The notes below the pieces were generated by a model. It was given only the letters and a program-made list of their open reading frames with translations, did not search any database and was not told the origin of the DNA. A DNA stretch of 64,000 bases from Nitrospirota bacterium (lineage in GTDB: Bacteria; Nitrospirota; UBA9217): NCBI GenBank assembly GCA_963790205.1, contig CAWBNQ010000001.1, forward strand, positions 608,001 through 672,000. Reading direction: 5' to 3'. The translations under genes were made by a program, and so were the position numbers. Below are positions 21,021 through 30,747 of the stretch, in pieces; the first letter of the stretch is position 1; each line of letters opens with the position of its first letter.

Positions 21021-21152
21021 ATGGTAAATCATCAGACGCAGCTTCATAATGCCCGACACCATCCTCGTTCCGGTTGACAGGTCCGACGCGCGCTGTCGGG
21101 TCTGAACACGATAATCGGGCGGCAAAAGCGGAAATACCCTGCCCTCAAATAG

Positions 21153-21181
21153 TTGACACGTCCGTGTTTATTTGCTATGTT
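21153..21181 (+). promoter_or_regulatory. Sigma70 promoter, probably producing a leaderless mRNA
   Basis: TTGACA-N17-TATGTT with extended TG, 5 nt before ATG 21187; no SD. Confidence 0.6.
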
Positions 21182-21186
21182 CCTGC

Positions 21187-22671
21187 ATGCGCGCCATACA
21201 GCAAATTCTGGTCGTAGAAGACGATGAACCCATCCAGGACATACTCCGCACTTTTCTTTCGGGAAAAGGTTTTGAAGTAACGTCTGCCCGGAACGGCGAG
21301 GCGGCCCTCGACTTGCTGGGGGTTCAAAAGTTCGACCTCGTTCTGACCGACCTGGTGATGCCCGGCAAGGGAGGGATGGACGTCCTGAAAGCGGCAACGG
21401 CTTCTCAGCCCGGTCTTCCCGTCATTGTCATGACCGGCTTCGGAACCGTCAAAACGGCCGTTGAGGCCATGAAGATCGGCGCCTTCGACTATCTCACCAA
21501 ACCCTTCAACCTCGACGAGCTCATTATCGTTCTCGACAAGGCGCTCTCCGTTTCACAGCTGCAGAAAGAGAACCGGATGCTCAAAATGCAGCTCAAGAAG
21601 AAGTACGTTTTCAAGGGGATCGTCGGCGACTCACCCTCCATGCATGCCGTGTACGAGCTGATAGAAAAGATCGCCGACACCGACAGCACCGTCCTCATAA
21701 CCGGCGAAAGCGGGACCGGCAAGGAGCTTGTTGCCAGGACCATTCACTATAACAACACCAGGCGAGCGAGCGGCCCCTTCGTCGCGCTGAACTGCGCCGC
21801 CATCCCCCAAGACCTCCTTGCCTCGGAGCTCTTCGGCCACGAGAAAGGAGCTTTTACCGGGGCTGTTTATGCGCGGGCCGGCCGGTTCGAACTGGCCCAG
21901 GGCGGCACGCTCTTTCTCGATGAAATAAGCGAGCTCGATCCCGCGCTCCAGGTCAAGCTGCTCCGCGTGCTTCAGGAGCGCGAGTTTCAGCGGGTCGGCG
22001 GAGTGAAAACAGTCAAGGTGGATGTTCGCATCCTCGCGGCCACGAATGCGGACCTGGAAACAGCGACCAAAAAGGGCGCGTTCCGGGAAGACCTGTTTTA
22101 CCGGCTGAACGTCATCCCGCTCCATCTTCCTCCTCTCAGAGATCGGCCGGAGGACCTTGCGCTTTTGACCGCCCATTTTGTCCTGGAATTTTCCCGGAAA
22201 AGACAGCACGAACCGCTTGTCTTTTCAGCTGAGGCAAATGATTGTTTGATGAAGTATTCATGGCCGGGAAACGTGCGGGAGCTCGAAAACCTGATCGAGC
22301 GGCTCTCCATCCTTGTGAGCGGCAGGTCGGTGCAGGTATCGGACCTCCCTCAAACGATGCACCGGATGGATGTTGCCGTCCAGCAACAGGCAATCACCGC
22401 GCAGGAACCGGCGGGCGTCTTCGGAAACCCCGCGCCCGCGGCGATACGATACGACACGCTGGAGGTTGGCGAGACCGGTATTGATCTTGATGAGCTAATC
22501 ACCAGTATCGAGAGGGATCTGATCCGGAAGGCCCTGGAACGGGCCGGAGGAGTAAGGAGCAAGGCGGCCCGGCTTCTCGGCCTTAATCGAACGACGCTCC
22601 TGGAGAAAATAAAAAAAATGGACATCGAGACCGGAAGGCGCCCGGTACCCGTAAAAAAACAAGCCCGTTGA
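21187..22671 (+). CDS. NtrC/AtoC-family sigma-54-dependent response regulator (REC-AAA+-Fis HTH)
   Basis: LTDLVMP receiver; GESGTGKE Walker A; GAFTGA; LFLDEI; WPGNVRELEN; AARLLGLNRTTL. Confidence 0.95.
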   Translation: MRAIQQILVVEDDEPIQDILRTFLSGKGFEVTSARNGEAALDLLGVQKFDLVLTDLVMPGKGGMDVLKAATASQPGLPVIVMTGFGTVKTAVEAMKIGAFDYLTKPFNLDELIIVLDKALSVSQLQKENRMLKMQLKKKYVFKGIVGDSPSMHAVYELIEKIADTDSTVLITGESGTGKELVARTIHYNNTRRASGPFVALNCAAIPQDLLASELFGHEKGAFTGAVYARAGRFELAQGGTLFLDEISELDPALQVKLLRVLQEREFQRVGGVKTVKVDVRILAATNADLETATKKGAFREDLFYRLNVIPLHLPPLRDRPEDLALLTAHFVLEFSRKRQHEPLVFSAEANDCLMKYSWPGNVRELENLIERLSILVSGRSVQVSDLPQTMHRMDVAVQQQAITAQEPAGVFGNPAPAAIRYDTLEVGETGIDLDELITSIERDLIRKALERAGGVRSKAARLLGLNRTTLLEKIKKMDIETGRRPVPVKKQAR

Positions 22672-22788
22672 CCAACTGAGAATTCGAGAGGATTTCGCCA
22701 AGACATCCCGAAAGAGCGCTCCAAGGCCGCGGTCCGGATCCTGACCTTTCTCCACAAGAGGAGCGGGCGTCTGTAGGCGCACGCGCCA

Positions 22789-24948
22789 TCAAATGGTGGT
22801 GAGAGCGGTTTTCGCTTTCGCGTCGAGGATACGCCGTACCACCGAGAGCAGGTAGGGGGATTCAAAGGGCTTCTTCAGGAAGCCGTCGATTTCCCGTATT
22901 CCGTCCTTGTCCGCAATATATTTCGTGTGGCCGGACATGGCGAGAATCTTTATTTCGGGCTTTATCTCCTTGATCTGCCTGATGAGCTCCATGCCGTCCA
23001 TCTGCGGCATGGCGATGTCCGTAATAACGAGCGCTATCTCCTGAGGAATTTTTTTGAAAATGCTGAGCGCGCTGGGGGAATCGCTCATGGCGAAGGTCTT
23101 GTAGCCATGGCCTGTAAGTGCCTCCTGGACGGCGTTGAGCGTCTCCTTCTCATCATCGACAATGAGCAGCGTTTCATTTCCGCCCACAGGAGTAAGCAAT
23201 TCCTTCTCCCGCGCGAGGGCGGCCTTGCGCGAAGCGGGCAGGTAGATGGTAAAGAGCGTGCCGGCGCCGGGCTCGCTTGCGACCGTGATATATCCCTTAT
23301 GCTCTTTGACCGCTCCATACACCATGGACAGGCCGAGCCCGGTGCCCTTGCCCCGTTCTTTCGTGGTGAAAAACGGCTCGAAGATCCTATTGATGATATC
23401 CTTCGGGATGCCCGTCCCCGTATCCGAGAGGCTGAATACGACGTATTCTCCCGGCAGGATGTAGGCCGGGACGTCCGGCATGCCTTGCACAACGTCCACA
23501 ACGGAAGTTTTGATTACGATCCCCCCCCCTTTCGGCATGGCATCCCGGGCGTTGATGATAAGGTTCATGACGATCTGCTCTATATGGTTGGTATCTCCCT
23601 GGATGGGCGGAAGATGGCTGTCGAGCTCCACGCGCATCTCGATGTTTTTGTCGATGACCCGCTCGAGGAGCTTGAGCGTATCATACACCACGTCGTTGAG
23701 GTAGAGCGGCACGATCTCATACTTGCTCTTGCGCGCGAAGCCCAGCAGTCTTGAGATCATCCTCCCCGCCCTTCGCGAGGCGTCTTCGATCACGCCGAGA
23801 CTGTTCGTTGACTTTACATCCAATACGGAATTCTTGCGAATGATCTCCGCATGGCCGAGGATGGCCGTCAGAATGTTGTTGAAATCATGGGCAATGCCGC
23901 CCGCGAGCACGCCGATGGACTCCATCTTCTGTGACTGGGACAGGTGCTCCTGGAATTTCTTCCTCTCCGTAATATCACGGTAAAAGGATTGAATGAACAG
24001 TTCCTCGCCGATAGTAATCGCTTTTGCGCTGACCTCGAGATCGATGGAGTTGCCGTCCTTTTTGTTATGTCTGGTTTCAAACACGAGGGATTCCCCAGCC
24101 AAAATCCGCCGCATCCTCTCTGCCATTTTTTCCGTATTGCCTGCATCTTCAAGCAGCTTTATGTGCGTGCCTAGTAATGCCTCTCTGCTGAAACCGTGCA
24201 TCTCGCATGCTTTCCCATTTGTGTTCAGAATGACGCCGTTCTTGTCGAGGACGACGATGCCGTCCGTGGCGTTCTCAAAAAGCGACCGGTGCCACTGCTC
24301 GGATTTATGCAAATCTTTTGTTCTTTCTTCAACCAGGTCCTCAAGTTTACGGGAATACATTTCGAGCTGCCCTTTGTCCTTTGCAAGCTCGTATTCAAGA
24401 GATAGCTTCTTGATAAGGAGTGTATAGTTGTAATACCGCCACGCCAACCCAGTCACCGCAGCCGCAGTTAAGAAAACAGTATTATTTATAAATATTCTGA
24501 AGTTTGTGATTTTATCTAAAATAAGAATAGGGAGCAGATAAATTCCATAAATCATAGAAGCCATTGTTAACGTTACTCTAAAAGAAACCGGTACAAAACC
24601 TAGAATAAACATAAAAAGAATAGTAAATCCGGCATAGTAAACAGATTGATGTCCGCCAAAAGACAGCATCATTAACTCAATCATTGAAGCAGGTATTAAA
24701 ATACCTACAAACAAGACAGTTATCTGAAAAAGGTTAGTCTTCTTAAGCCTAAAAATGAAATATAAAACTACCTGTAGTGAGGCTGAAATGAATCTATACG
24801 TGAGGAATTTTGTAAAATTTTCGGGCGTGACAAAATAATCCAACATACTTAATAATACAGTAACACCAGCTCCAGCAAGTAAAAGAGCCCCTCCCATTGA
24901 CTGCAAGTAAGTTGATAGTTCTTGTTCTATATATTTGTTTTTGTCCAT
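22789..24948 (-). CDS. Hybrid sensor histidine kinase (about 6 TM input - PAS - HisKA - HATPase - REC), PhcS-like input domain
   Basis: Six hydrophobic segments including SVYYAGF; PAS; AHDFNNIL; NARDAM; GTGLGL; C-terminal REC (ITDIAMP). Alternative TTG start at 24984. Confidence 0.92.
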   Translation of the reverse strand: MDKNKYIEQELSTYLQSMGGALLLAGAGVTVLLSMLDYFVTPENFTKFLTYRFISASLQVVLYFIFRLKKTNLFQITVLFVGILIPASMIELMMLSFGGHQSVYYAGFTILFMFILGFVPVSFRVTLTMASMIYGIYLLPILILDKITNFRIFINNTVFLTAAAVTGLAWRYYNYTLLIKKLSLEYELAKDKGQLEMYSRKLEDLVEERTKDLHKSEQWHRSLFENATDGIVVLDKNGVILNTNGKACEMHGFSREALLGTHIKLLEDAGNTEKMAERMRRILAGESLVFETRHNKKDGNSIDLEVSAKAITIGEELFIQSFYRDITERKKFQEHLSQSQKMESIGVLAGGIAHDFNNILTAILGHAEIIRKNSVLDVKSTNSLGVIEDASRRAGRMISRLLGFARKSKYEIVPLYLNDVVYDTLKLLERVIDKNIEMRVELDSHLPPIQGDTNHIEQIVMNLIINARDAMPKGGGIVIKTSVVDVVQGMPDVPAYILPGEYVVFSLSDTGTGIPKDIINRIFEPFFTTKERGKGTGLGLSMVYGAVKEHKGYITVASEPGAGTLFTIYLPASRKAALAREKELLTPVGGNETLLIVDDEKETLNAVQEALTGHGYKTFAMSDSPSALSIFKKIPQEIALVITDIAMPQMDGMELIRQIKEIKPEIKILAMSGHTKYIADKDGIREIDGFLKKPFESPYLLSVVRRILDAKAKTALTTI

Positions 24949-24986
24949 ATAAATTAGTGTATCAAAAATTTGATTCGATAACAATC

Positions 24987-26411
24987 TTAATCACGAATGA
25001 CTTTTTCTTTTCGCAGGATCATTTTAGCTGTATCATAACCAACATGTACCACACCTGAGATCCCAAGTCCTCGGGTTGTCCAGTGGCCTGTCAGATAAAG
25101 ACCCTGGATGAACGAAGGTTTCCTAAAATCTGGGAGCGCTAATTGTGAAGGGGTAACAGCCCATCCAAAGGTAGCTCCCTTGTGATTCAAGGTATATCTG
25201 AAAAGCGTTTGTGGAGTGGCTACATCTTTATATATAGTATGTTTTGACAAACCAGGAACGACATCTTTTTCTAGTCTTTTTATAAAGGATTCTGCTAATA
25301 TTTTTTTATTGTCAGCCCAGTATTTTTTATTTATGAATGGTACATTAATGAAAGAAGTAAGACTCTTTTTATCGGGAGATACGTGCGTCAAATATCCTCC
25401 AATGCTGTCAAAATTTTTCTTTTTTATTGTAGAATATGCATTGTCAAAATTGTAGTGAGACAGTATCCACAAGTTGGTGCCCGGCTCAGGTAAATTGTAA
25501 TAATGTTTGTCCATTCCTAAATATAAAATAAATGCTGAAAGTGCGGGTGTCATCTTAGTGACGCTGCTTAAAAAATCTGCACTTATAATTCTTTTCCCTA
25601 ACAATTTGAAGAAGGTCTGCGTGGCGTCACAGTTAGATATTACATATCGCGATGGTATGAAATCGCCTCCTTCAGAAACTATACCATCAACTTTATTCTC
25701 TCTGACCTTTATTTTTTTTACAGGGCAAGAAAGCCGTAATTCACCACCCGATTGCTTGAATGTTTCAGCTAATGCATCAGGAAGTGTTTGCATGCCACCT
25801 TCCGGATAATAACCGCCGTCAAGGAGAAATTCTGTAAAGATTTGAGCGCCCATACAAGCTGATAAGAATGTTGGAGATGCGCCGCTATTGCCATATACTG
25901 GAAGGGATAAGATGGACTTTAATTTATCATCCTTAAAATACTTATCTAATAAATTCTTAAATGTCCAGCTTCTAATACGAGCAAAAAAAATTGGCTCGGG
26001 GTTAACCAAGAGCGAGAAAAATTTTTTAATATTGTCACTTTCTTCCGGGAAAGCTTTCTGAAAGTCTGTAATTGTATTTTTAAAGTCAGCCCAGAAAGAG
26101 ATTTTGTAATCAGGGCTTATTACAATGTCTGACGGGTCATATCGTATAATCCTGACTCGTTTGTTTATTCCAAGATCATTAAACACCTTTCTCATAATCC
26201 CACCCGTTCTATAGGCGCCAAACGAGTGAGCCGCAGCATCAAAGGTGAACCCGGATCTTTTAAATGAGGTACAATAACCACCGGGCTTATAATGCTGCTC
26301 TGCTATGAGGACTTTCATTCCTGCCTTCGCGAGATAGCAGCCGCAGACAAGGCCGCTCATGCCTGCACCTATGATTACAACATCATAAATATCTTTATCA
26401 ACCTTTAACAT
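24987..26411 (-). CDS. FAD-dependent oxidoreductase, phytoene desaturase/CrtI-like superfamily
   Basis: IIGAGMSGL; PGGYCTSFKRSGFTFDAA; YPEGGMQ; ATPQTLFRYT…GA; LYLTGHW. Confidence 0.88.
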   Translation of the reverse strand: MLKVDKDIYDVVIIGAGMSGLVCGCYLAKAGMKVLIAEQHYKPGGYCTSFKRSGFTFDAAAHSFGAYRTGGIMRKVFNDLGINKRVRIIRYDPSDIVISPDYKISFWADFKNTITDFQKAFPEESDNIKKFFSLLVNPEPIFFARIRSWTFKNLLDKYFKDDKLKSILSLPVYGNSGASPTFLSACMGAQIFTEFLLDGGYYPEGGMQTLPDALAETFKQSGGELRLSCPVKKIKVRENKVDGIVSEGGDFIPSRYVISNCDATQTFFKLLGKRIISADFLSSVTKMTPALSAFILYLGMDKHYYNLPEPGTNLWILSHYNFDNAYSTIKKKNFDSIGGYLTHVSPDKKSLTSFINVPFINKKYWADNKKILAESFIKRLEKDVVPGLSKHTIYKDVATPQTLFRYTLNHKGATFGWAVTPSQLALPDFRKPSFIQGLYLTGHWTTRGLGISGVVHVGYDTAKMILRKEKVIRD

Positions 26412-26664
26412 TGATCGAACTTTTTTGACTCAATAAATTATTAACAAGTGCCACAGCTTCCTTCACGGTTGTAATTTTGGGAACATCCTCATCCCGCACC
26501 GACACTTTAAATTTTTTTTCAATTGCAACCGTAATTTCGATTGCCTTAATAGAATCGACTTCAAGGTCCTTAAAAAAATTTTTCTCGGGTGTTATCATTT
26601 CCATATCAAATCCTGAAACATCTGAGATTATCGAGACTATTTCTTTTTCCACATTTACAGCCAT
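26398..26664 (-). CDS. Acyl carrier protein
   Basis: DLEVDSIKAIEI phosphopantetheine Ser motif; 88 aa, acidic. Confidence 0.9.
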   Translation of the reverse strand: MAVNVEKEIVSIISDVSGFDMEMITPEKNFFKDLEVDSIKAIEITVAIEKKFKVSVRDEDVPKITTVKEAVALVNNLLSQKSSINVKG

Positions 26665-26683
26665 TGTTATCTCCTCATCGTTC

Positions 26684-27898
26684 TTAGCCGGTAAATTTTC
26701 TTAAGATCAGGCAGGCATTATTGCCGCCAAAGGCATACGAGTTGTTTAGGGCTACTGTGATGGTATGTTTTCTTGATTGATTAGGTACGCAGTCAATATC
26801 GCATTCCGGGTCGGGTGTTTCGTAATTTATGGTTGGTGGAATCATATCATTTTTTACGGCAAGTGCGCAAGCGATCGCTTCGATTGCCGAAGCCGCTCCC
26901 ATGGTGTGACCGAGCATGGACTTAATGGAACTCACGGGTATCTTCGTATAGAGAGGTCCGAAGACTTCCTTAATGGCTGCGGACTCATTTCTGTCATTGG
27001 TAAGAGTTCCGGTCCCATGGGCGCTTATATAATCTACGCGCTCAGCCGTAATCTCTGTCTCCCGCATTGCTTTTCTCATGCACGCTACAATGCCTTCCGT
27101 GGAGGATGTAGTCATGTGGAAGGCATCACAGCTGAGTCCGTACCCAAGAACCTCGGCATAAATACCGGCTTTTCTTTTTATCGCATTTTCGAGGGATTCG
27201 AGAACCACTAATCCTGCGCCTTCGGCTACCATCATACCCTTCCTGCTTTTATCAAAAGGCTGGCACTTTTCAGGCGCGACAGCTGAGAACTGATTAAACC
27301 CCGTGAAAGCAACCTTGGAGAGAGGTTCGGCGCCTCCCGCGAGGAGAATGTCGGCCCTGCCGAGACGGATCAAATCCAGTCCGTATCCTATTGCATAATT
27401 ACCTGCCGCACATGCGGTTGAAAACATCAGATTGGGGCCGTGCAGAGAAAATGTCTCTGCAATGACCGAAGGAGTTGAATGTGTCGGCACTTGACGAATC
27501 AGATTTTCGCTGATCTGATGCTTTTTTTCGGCAACAATCATTTCATCTATCTTTTCCACAGTCTGGATAGATCCCATTGTTGTTCCGATACAAACGCCAG
27601 TCCTCAGACTGGAAAGTTCACTTAATGATAAATCAGCATCCTTGATTGCGAGCGTTGCAGCAGCGAGAGCCAGCTGTGACGCCCTACTGAGGGAATTAAT
27701 TTTATTCCCGGGAATGAATTCCTCAGGGTTAAAATTTTTAACCTCTCCTCCGTTGTGAGTAAACTGGTTTGAAGTGTCAAAGGACGTCACAGGGCTTATC
27801 CCTGATTTTCCCTTCAGGAGATTATCCCAGAATTCCTCCCACCCGATGCCGATCGAGGAAATGACGCCCAGGCCTGTTATCACGACTCGCTTATTCAT
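26684..27898 (-). CDS. fabF: Beta-ketoacyl-ACP synthase (FabF-like, catalytic Cys-His-His intact)
   Basis: STACAAG, SAHGTGT, KSMLGHTMGA, NSYAFGGNN. Confidence 0.9.
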   Translation of the reverse strand: MNKRVVITGLGVISSIGIGWEEFWDNLLKGKSGISPVTSFDTSNQFTHNGGEVKNFNPEEFIPGNKINSLSRASQLALAAATLAIKDADLSLSELSSLRTGVCIGTTMGSIQTVEKIDEMIVAEKKHQISENLIRQVPTHSTPSVIAETFSLHGPNLMFSTACAAGNYAIGYGLDLIRLGRADILLAGGAEPLSKVAFTGFNQFSAVAPEKCQPFDKSRKGMMVAEGAGLVVLESLENAIKRKAGIYAEVLGYGLSCDAFHMTTSSTEGIVACMRKAMRETEITAERVDYISAHGTGTLTNDRNESAAIKEVFGPLYTKIPVSSIKSMLGHTMGAASAIEAIACALAVKNDMIPPTINYETPDPECDIDCVPNQSRKHTITVALNNSYAFGGNNACLILRKFTG

Positions 27899-28331
27899 TT
27901 TTTACACTGAATACCAGCTCCGCCTCTGTTATCTTTTTGTCGTCGACAAATGCCTCGCCCGACACATAAGCGCCGGTCGGCAGGGATTTGACGTTTTCAA
28001 CCCTGATTTTCAACTGGTCGCCCGGTATAGCGGGGTGGAGAAAGCGTGCCTTGACCGAACCGAAGTAATACATCGGTTTTTTCCCCTCTTCGGGTTTCTC
28101 TTTTCCCAGGGCAAAAAGGATGATGGCGGTCTGTGCCATTGCCTCAAGTATGAGGGCGCCGGGCATAACGGCCTTGTCGGGAAAATGGCCGAGAAAGACC
28201 ATATCATTGCCCGAAATGTTCTTCACGGCAACGATGTGTTTCCCGGGTTCGATTTCCAGGATCCGGTCGATCATGATGAAGGGAAAACGCTGGGGCACGA
28301 GCTTTTTGATTTCTTCAAAGTCAAGTTGCAT
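27891..28331 (-). CDS. fabZ: 3-hydroxyacyl-ACP dehydratase FabZ
   Basis: PQRFPFIMIDRI, GHFPDKAVMPGALILEAMAQ. Confidence 0.92.
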   Translation of the reverse strand: MQLDFEEIKKLVPQRFPFIMIDRILEIEPGKHIVAVKNISGNDMVFLGHFPDKAVMPGALILEAMAQTAIILFALGKEKPEEGKKPMYYFGSVKARFLHPAIPGDQLKIRVENVKSLPTGAYVSGEAFVDDKKITEAELVFSVKNE

Positions 28332-28334
28332 CGA

Positions 28335-29570
28335 TCATCCTTCGTAGCTGCCTAATACAACGGCGGAGTTCTGACCGTATGGGTCAGTTGAGGTCACGAG
28401 CACGGTCTTGACGCGTTTCTGTCTTGCTTCATTCGGGACGTAATCGAGGTCGCACTCGGGATCTTTTTCCTTATAGTTGACAGTAGGGAATAGTATACCC
28501 TTCTGTATAGCGCCTACGACGGCTGAAAGGGATAGAGCGCCGGAAGCTGAAAAAGACTCCCCTACCATGGATTTTATCGAACTCACCGGGATCGTATATG
28601 CATGTTTTCCAAAAACTTCTTTTATTACCCTCGTTTCCATCCTGTCAAGATTCTTTGTTGAATTGGAACAAGCGCTGATAAAGTCTATGTCTTCAGGCTT
28701 GAGAGAAGCATCCTTTAAAGCGTGCAGAATGGCATTCTTTAAGCCTTTTCCCGCATGATTGAAGCTGCTATCCGCTGAAGGATCAAAGACATTGCCGTAG
28801 CCCAGTACTTGTGCAAGAATGGCGGCGCCCCTGTTTATTGCGTGGTCCTCATCTTCAAGTACCAGCACTGCTGCGCCCTCAGAAAGCAATACTCCGTTCC
28901 TTCTCGCATCAAAGGGGCAGCAGCGGGGCTCTGAACCGTCCGTCCCCGATAAACAGCCGAGCTTATGAAAACCCAGAAAAGCTTCTTCGCACAGCTCTTC
29001 AACCCCGCCGGCAAGTACAACGTCGGCCCTGTTTAAGTGTATGAAGTCGGCAGCATAGGAAAGGGCGTCAAGGCTGGCGCAGAAGCCTGTGGATATGGTG
29101 GTGTTGAACCCTTTAATTTTAAAACGAATGGAAACCTGGCTTGCCGGGGAATTTATGACGGTGTTCGGAAAGTGTGAGGGATTGACAAAGCGCGGCCCCT
29201 CGATGAGGCCCGACCGGTCGAATTGCGAGATGCTGTGGAGGCTTCCGAACGTCGTGCCGATCGAGACGCCTGCGGAATGAGTATTCTCTTCTGTGATCTG
29301 GAGGCGGGCGTCTTCGAGAGCGAGCTTTGCAGCGGAGCATATCAGCCTCGTGCTCCTGTCGAGGTCCCGCAGCCCTTTCTTGCCGAGCAAAGAAAGGGGA
29401 TCAAAGCCGGCCAGCTCGCCGGCAGAATGGATCTGCAAGGGTGCTGTATCGAACAGGGTTATGTCCCGGAATCCTGTTTTCCCCTGGAACAGCCCTTCCC
29501 AGTAGTTATCCCGGCCGATGCCGATGGGCGATAAGACCCCTATGCCTGAGATTACGACCGTTCTTTTCAT
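28335..29570 (-). CDS. Ketosynthase-like protein lacking catalytic residues (chain-length-factor-like)
   Basis: KS fold, but STGFCAS, SACSNST and KSMVGESFS replace STAC, SAHGTGT and KSMLGH. Confidence 0.82.
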   Translation of the reverse strand: MKRTVVISGIGVLSPIGIGRDNYWEGLFQGKTGFRDITLFDTAPLQIHSAGELAGFDPLSLLGKKGLRDLDRSTRLICSAAKLALEDARLQITEENTHSAGVSIGTTFGSLHSISQFDRSGLIEGPRFVNPSHFPNTVINSPASQVSIRFKIKGFNTTISTGFCASLDALSYAADFIHLNRADVVLAGGVEELCEEAFLGFHKLGCLSGTDGSEPRCCPFDARRNGVLLSEGAAVLVLEDEDHAINRGAAILAQVLGYGNVFDPSADSSFNHAGKGLKNAILHALKDASLKPEDIDFISACSNSTKNLDRMETRVIKEVFGKHAYTIPVSSIKSMVGESFSASGALSLSAVVGAIQKGILFPTVNYKEKDPECDLDYVPNEARQKRVKTVLVTSTDPYGQNSAVVLGSYEG

Positions 29571-29576
29571 CCTGGC

Positions 29577-30329
29577 TTATATCCCCAGTCCCCCGTCTAT
29601 CTGAATTACCTGCCCGGTGATATACTGAGATGCATCGCTCACTAAGAATACTACAACCTGCGCCACCTCATCCGGCGTGCCGAATCTTCCCAGCGGGATC
29701 ATCTTCATGACCTTCTCTCTGTATTTTTCAGCAAACGACGCTGTCATGTCAGTGGCCACAAAACCGGGAGCAACGGCATTGACCCTGATATTATACGGCG
29801 CCACCTCTGCTGCCAGCGATTTGGTAAAGCCGATCACCCCTGCCTTTGCAGCCGCGTAGTTGGCCTGGCCCGCAAGCGGATGAATGCCGCTGACCGACGA
29901 GATGTTCACGATGTTTCCGCTCTTTTGCTTCAGAAAGGTGATGATGCATGCGCGTGATGTATTAAAAACGCCGGTAAGGTCTGTTTCTATTACCTCGGAC
30001 CAATCCTCTTTATTCATCATCATAAGGGATTTGTCGCGTGTTATGCCTGCGTTATTGACAAGGATATCGATCTTTCCGAATTCTTTTTTTACCTCTTCTA
30101 TAAACGTTCTGGCGCCTTCAAACTCCCTCACGTCCAGTTGAAAAGGCGTTGCCTTCCTGCCCATGATCTGAACTTCTCTTGCCAGCGATTCTGCTGCTGC
30201 CGGATTTTTCGTATACGTGAATGCGCAATCAGCGCCTTCACGGCACAGGGCAAGTACGATGGAGCGGCCTATGCCCCTTGTCCCTCCCGTTACGATCGCT
30301 ACCTTGTTGAGAACTGAGTTCTTTTCCAT
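29577..30329 (-). CDS. fabG: 3-oxoacyl-ACP reductase FabG
   Basis: TGGTRGIG, NNAGITRD, YAAAK, NAVAPGFVATDMT; alternative GTG start at 30344. Confidence 0.92.
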   Translation of the reverse strand: MEKNSVLNKVAIVTGGTRGIGRSIVLALCREGADCAFTYTKNPAAAESLAREVQIMGRKATPFQLDVREFEGARTFIEEVKKEFGKIDILVNNAGITRDKSLMMMNKEDWSEVIETDLTGVFNTSRACIITFLKQKSGNIVNISSVSGIHPLAGQANYAAAKAGVIGFTKSLAAEVAPYNIRVNAVAPGFVATDMTASFAEKYREKVMKMIPLGRFGTPDEVAQVVVFLVSDASQYITGQVIQIDGGLGI

Positions 30330-30667
30330 GCCTTGCGCGTTCACTGTAACATAACTTTAAACCCTAATCAATAGTAATAACTGGGCGGGGGGATACTACA
30401 GTAAGGAAAATAAAACTTGTCTTGCACCGGGTCATGAGACAAAACGCCCTCTCAGCAGCAGGACAGTATTGCTGCAGAAAGGCTGTAACAGCGCGAAATC
30501 GTGTTCGTACTCTTCCTTCATTTCCTTGAAAAGTCGACGAACCCGGCGTGCAATTTTTTGGTTGAGAATAAAACTTGTGCAGTGCGGACTTTTTCGCGGC
30601 GGATCTTTTGATCATGAGCAGGGTGCCTGCTCAGGCTCGGCCTGTTTTTTATAATTATCGACAATCG

Positions 30668-30710
30668 CCTCGCCGGGAGGAGGATTTCCTTCCCCCTCCT
30701 CCCGGCGAGG
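30668..30710. terminator. Strong hairpin downstream of the methyltransferase gene (no U-tract)
   Basis: CCTCGCCGGGAGGAGG-N11-CCTCCTCCCGGCGAGG. Confidence 0.55.
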
Positions 30711-30747
30711 ATACCATCTTTCCCCGCGCCGCATTCAGGACCTTCTG

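Noticed and set aside
26398..30344. Housekeeping fatty-acid synthesis operon
   Set aside because: No fabD/fabH/plsX; it includes an inactive KS, a divergent ACP, an oxidoreductase and a sensor kinase
30345..30660. Sigma-54 promoter linking the NtrC-like regulator to the fab/PKS operon
   Set aside because: No -24/-12 match found by eye upstream of fabG or the methyltransferase, so that regulatory link remains unsupported
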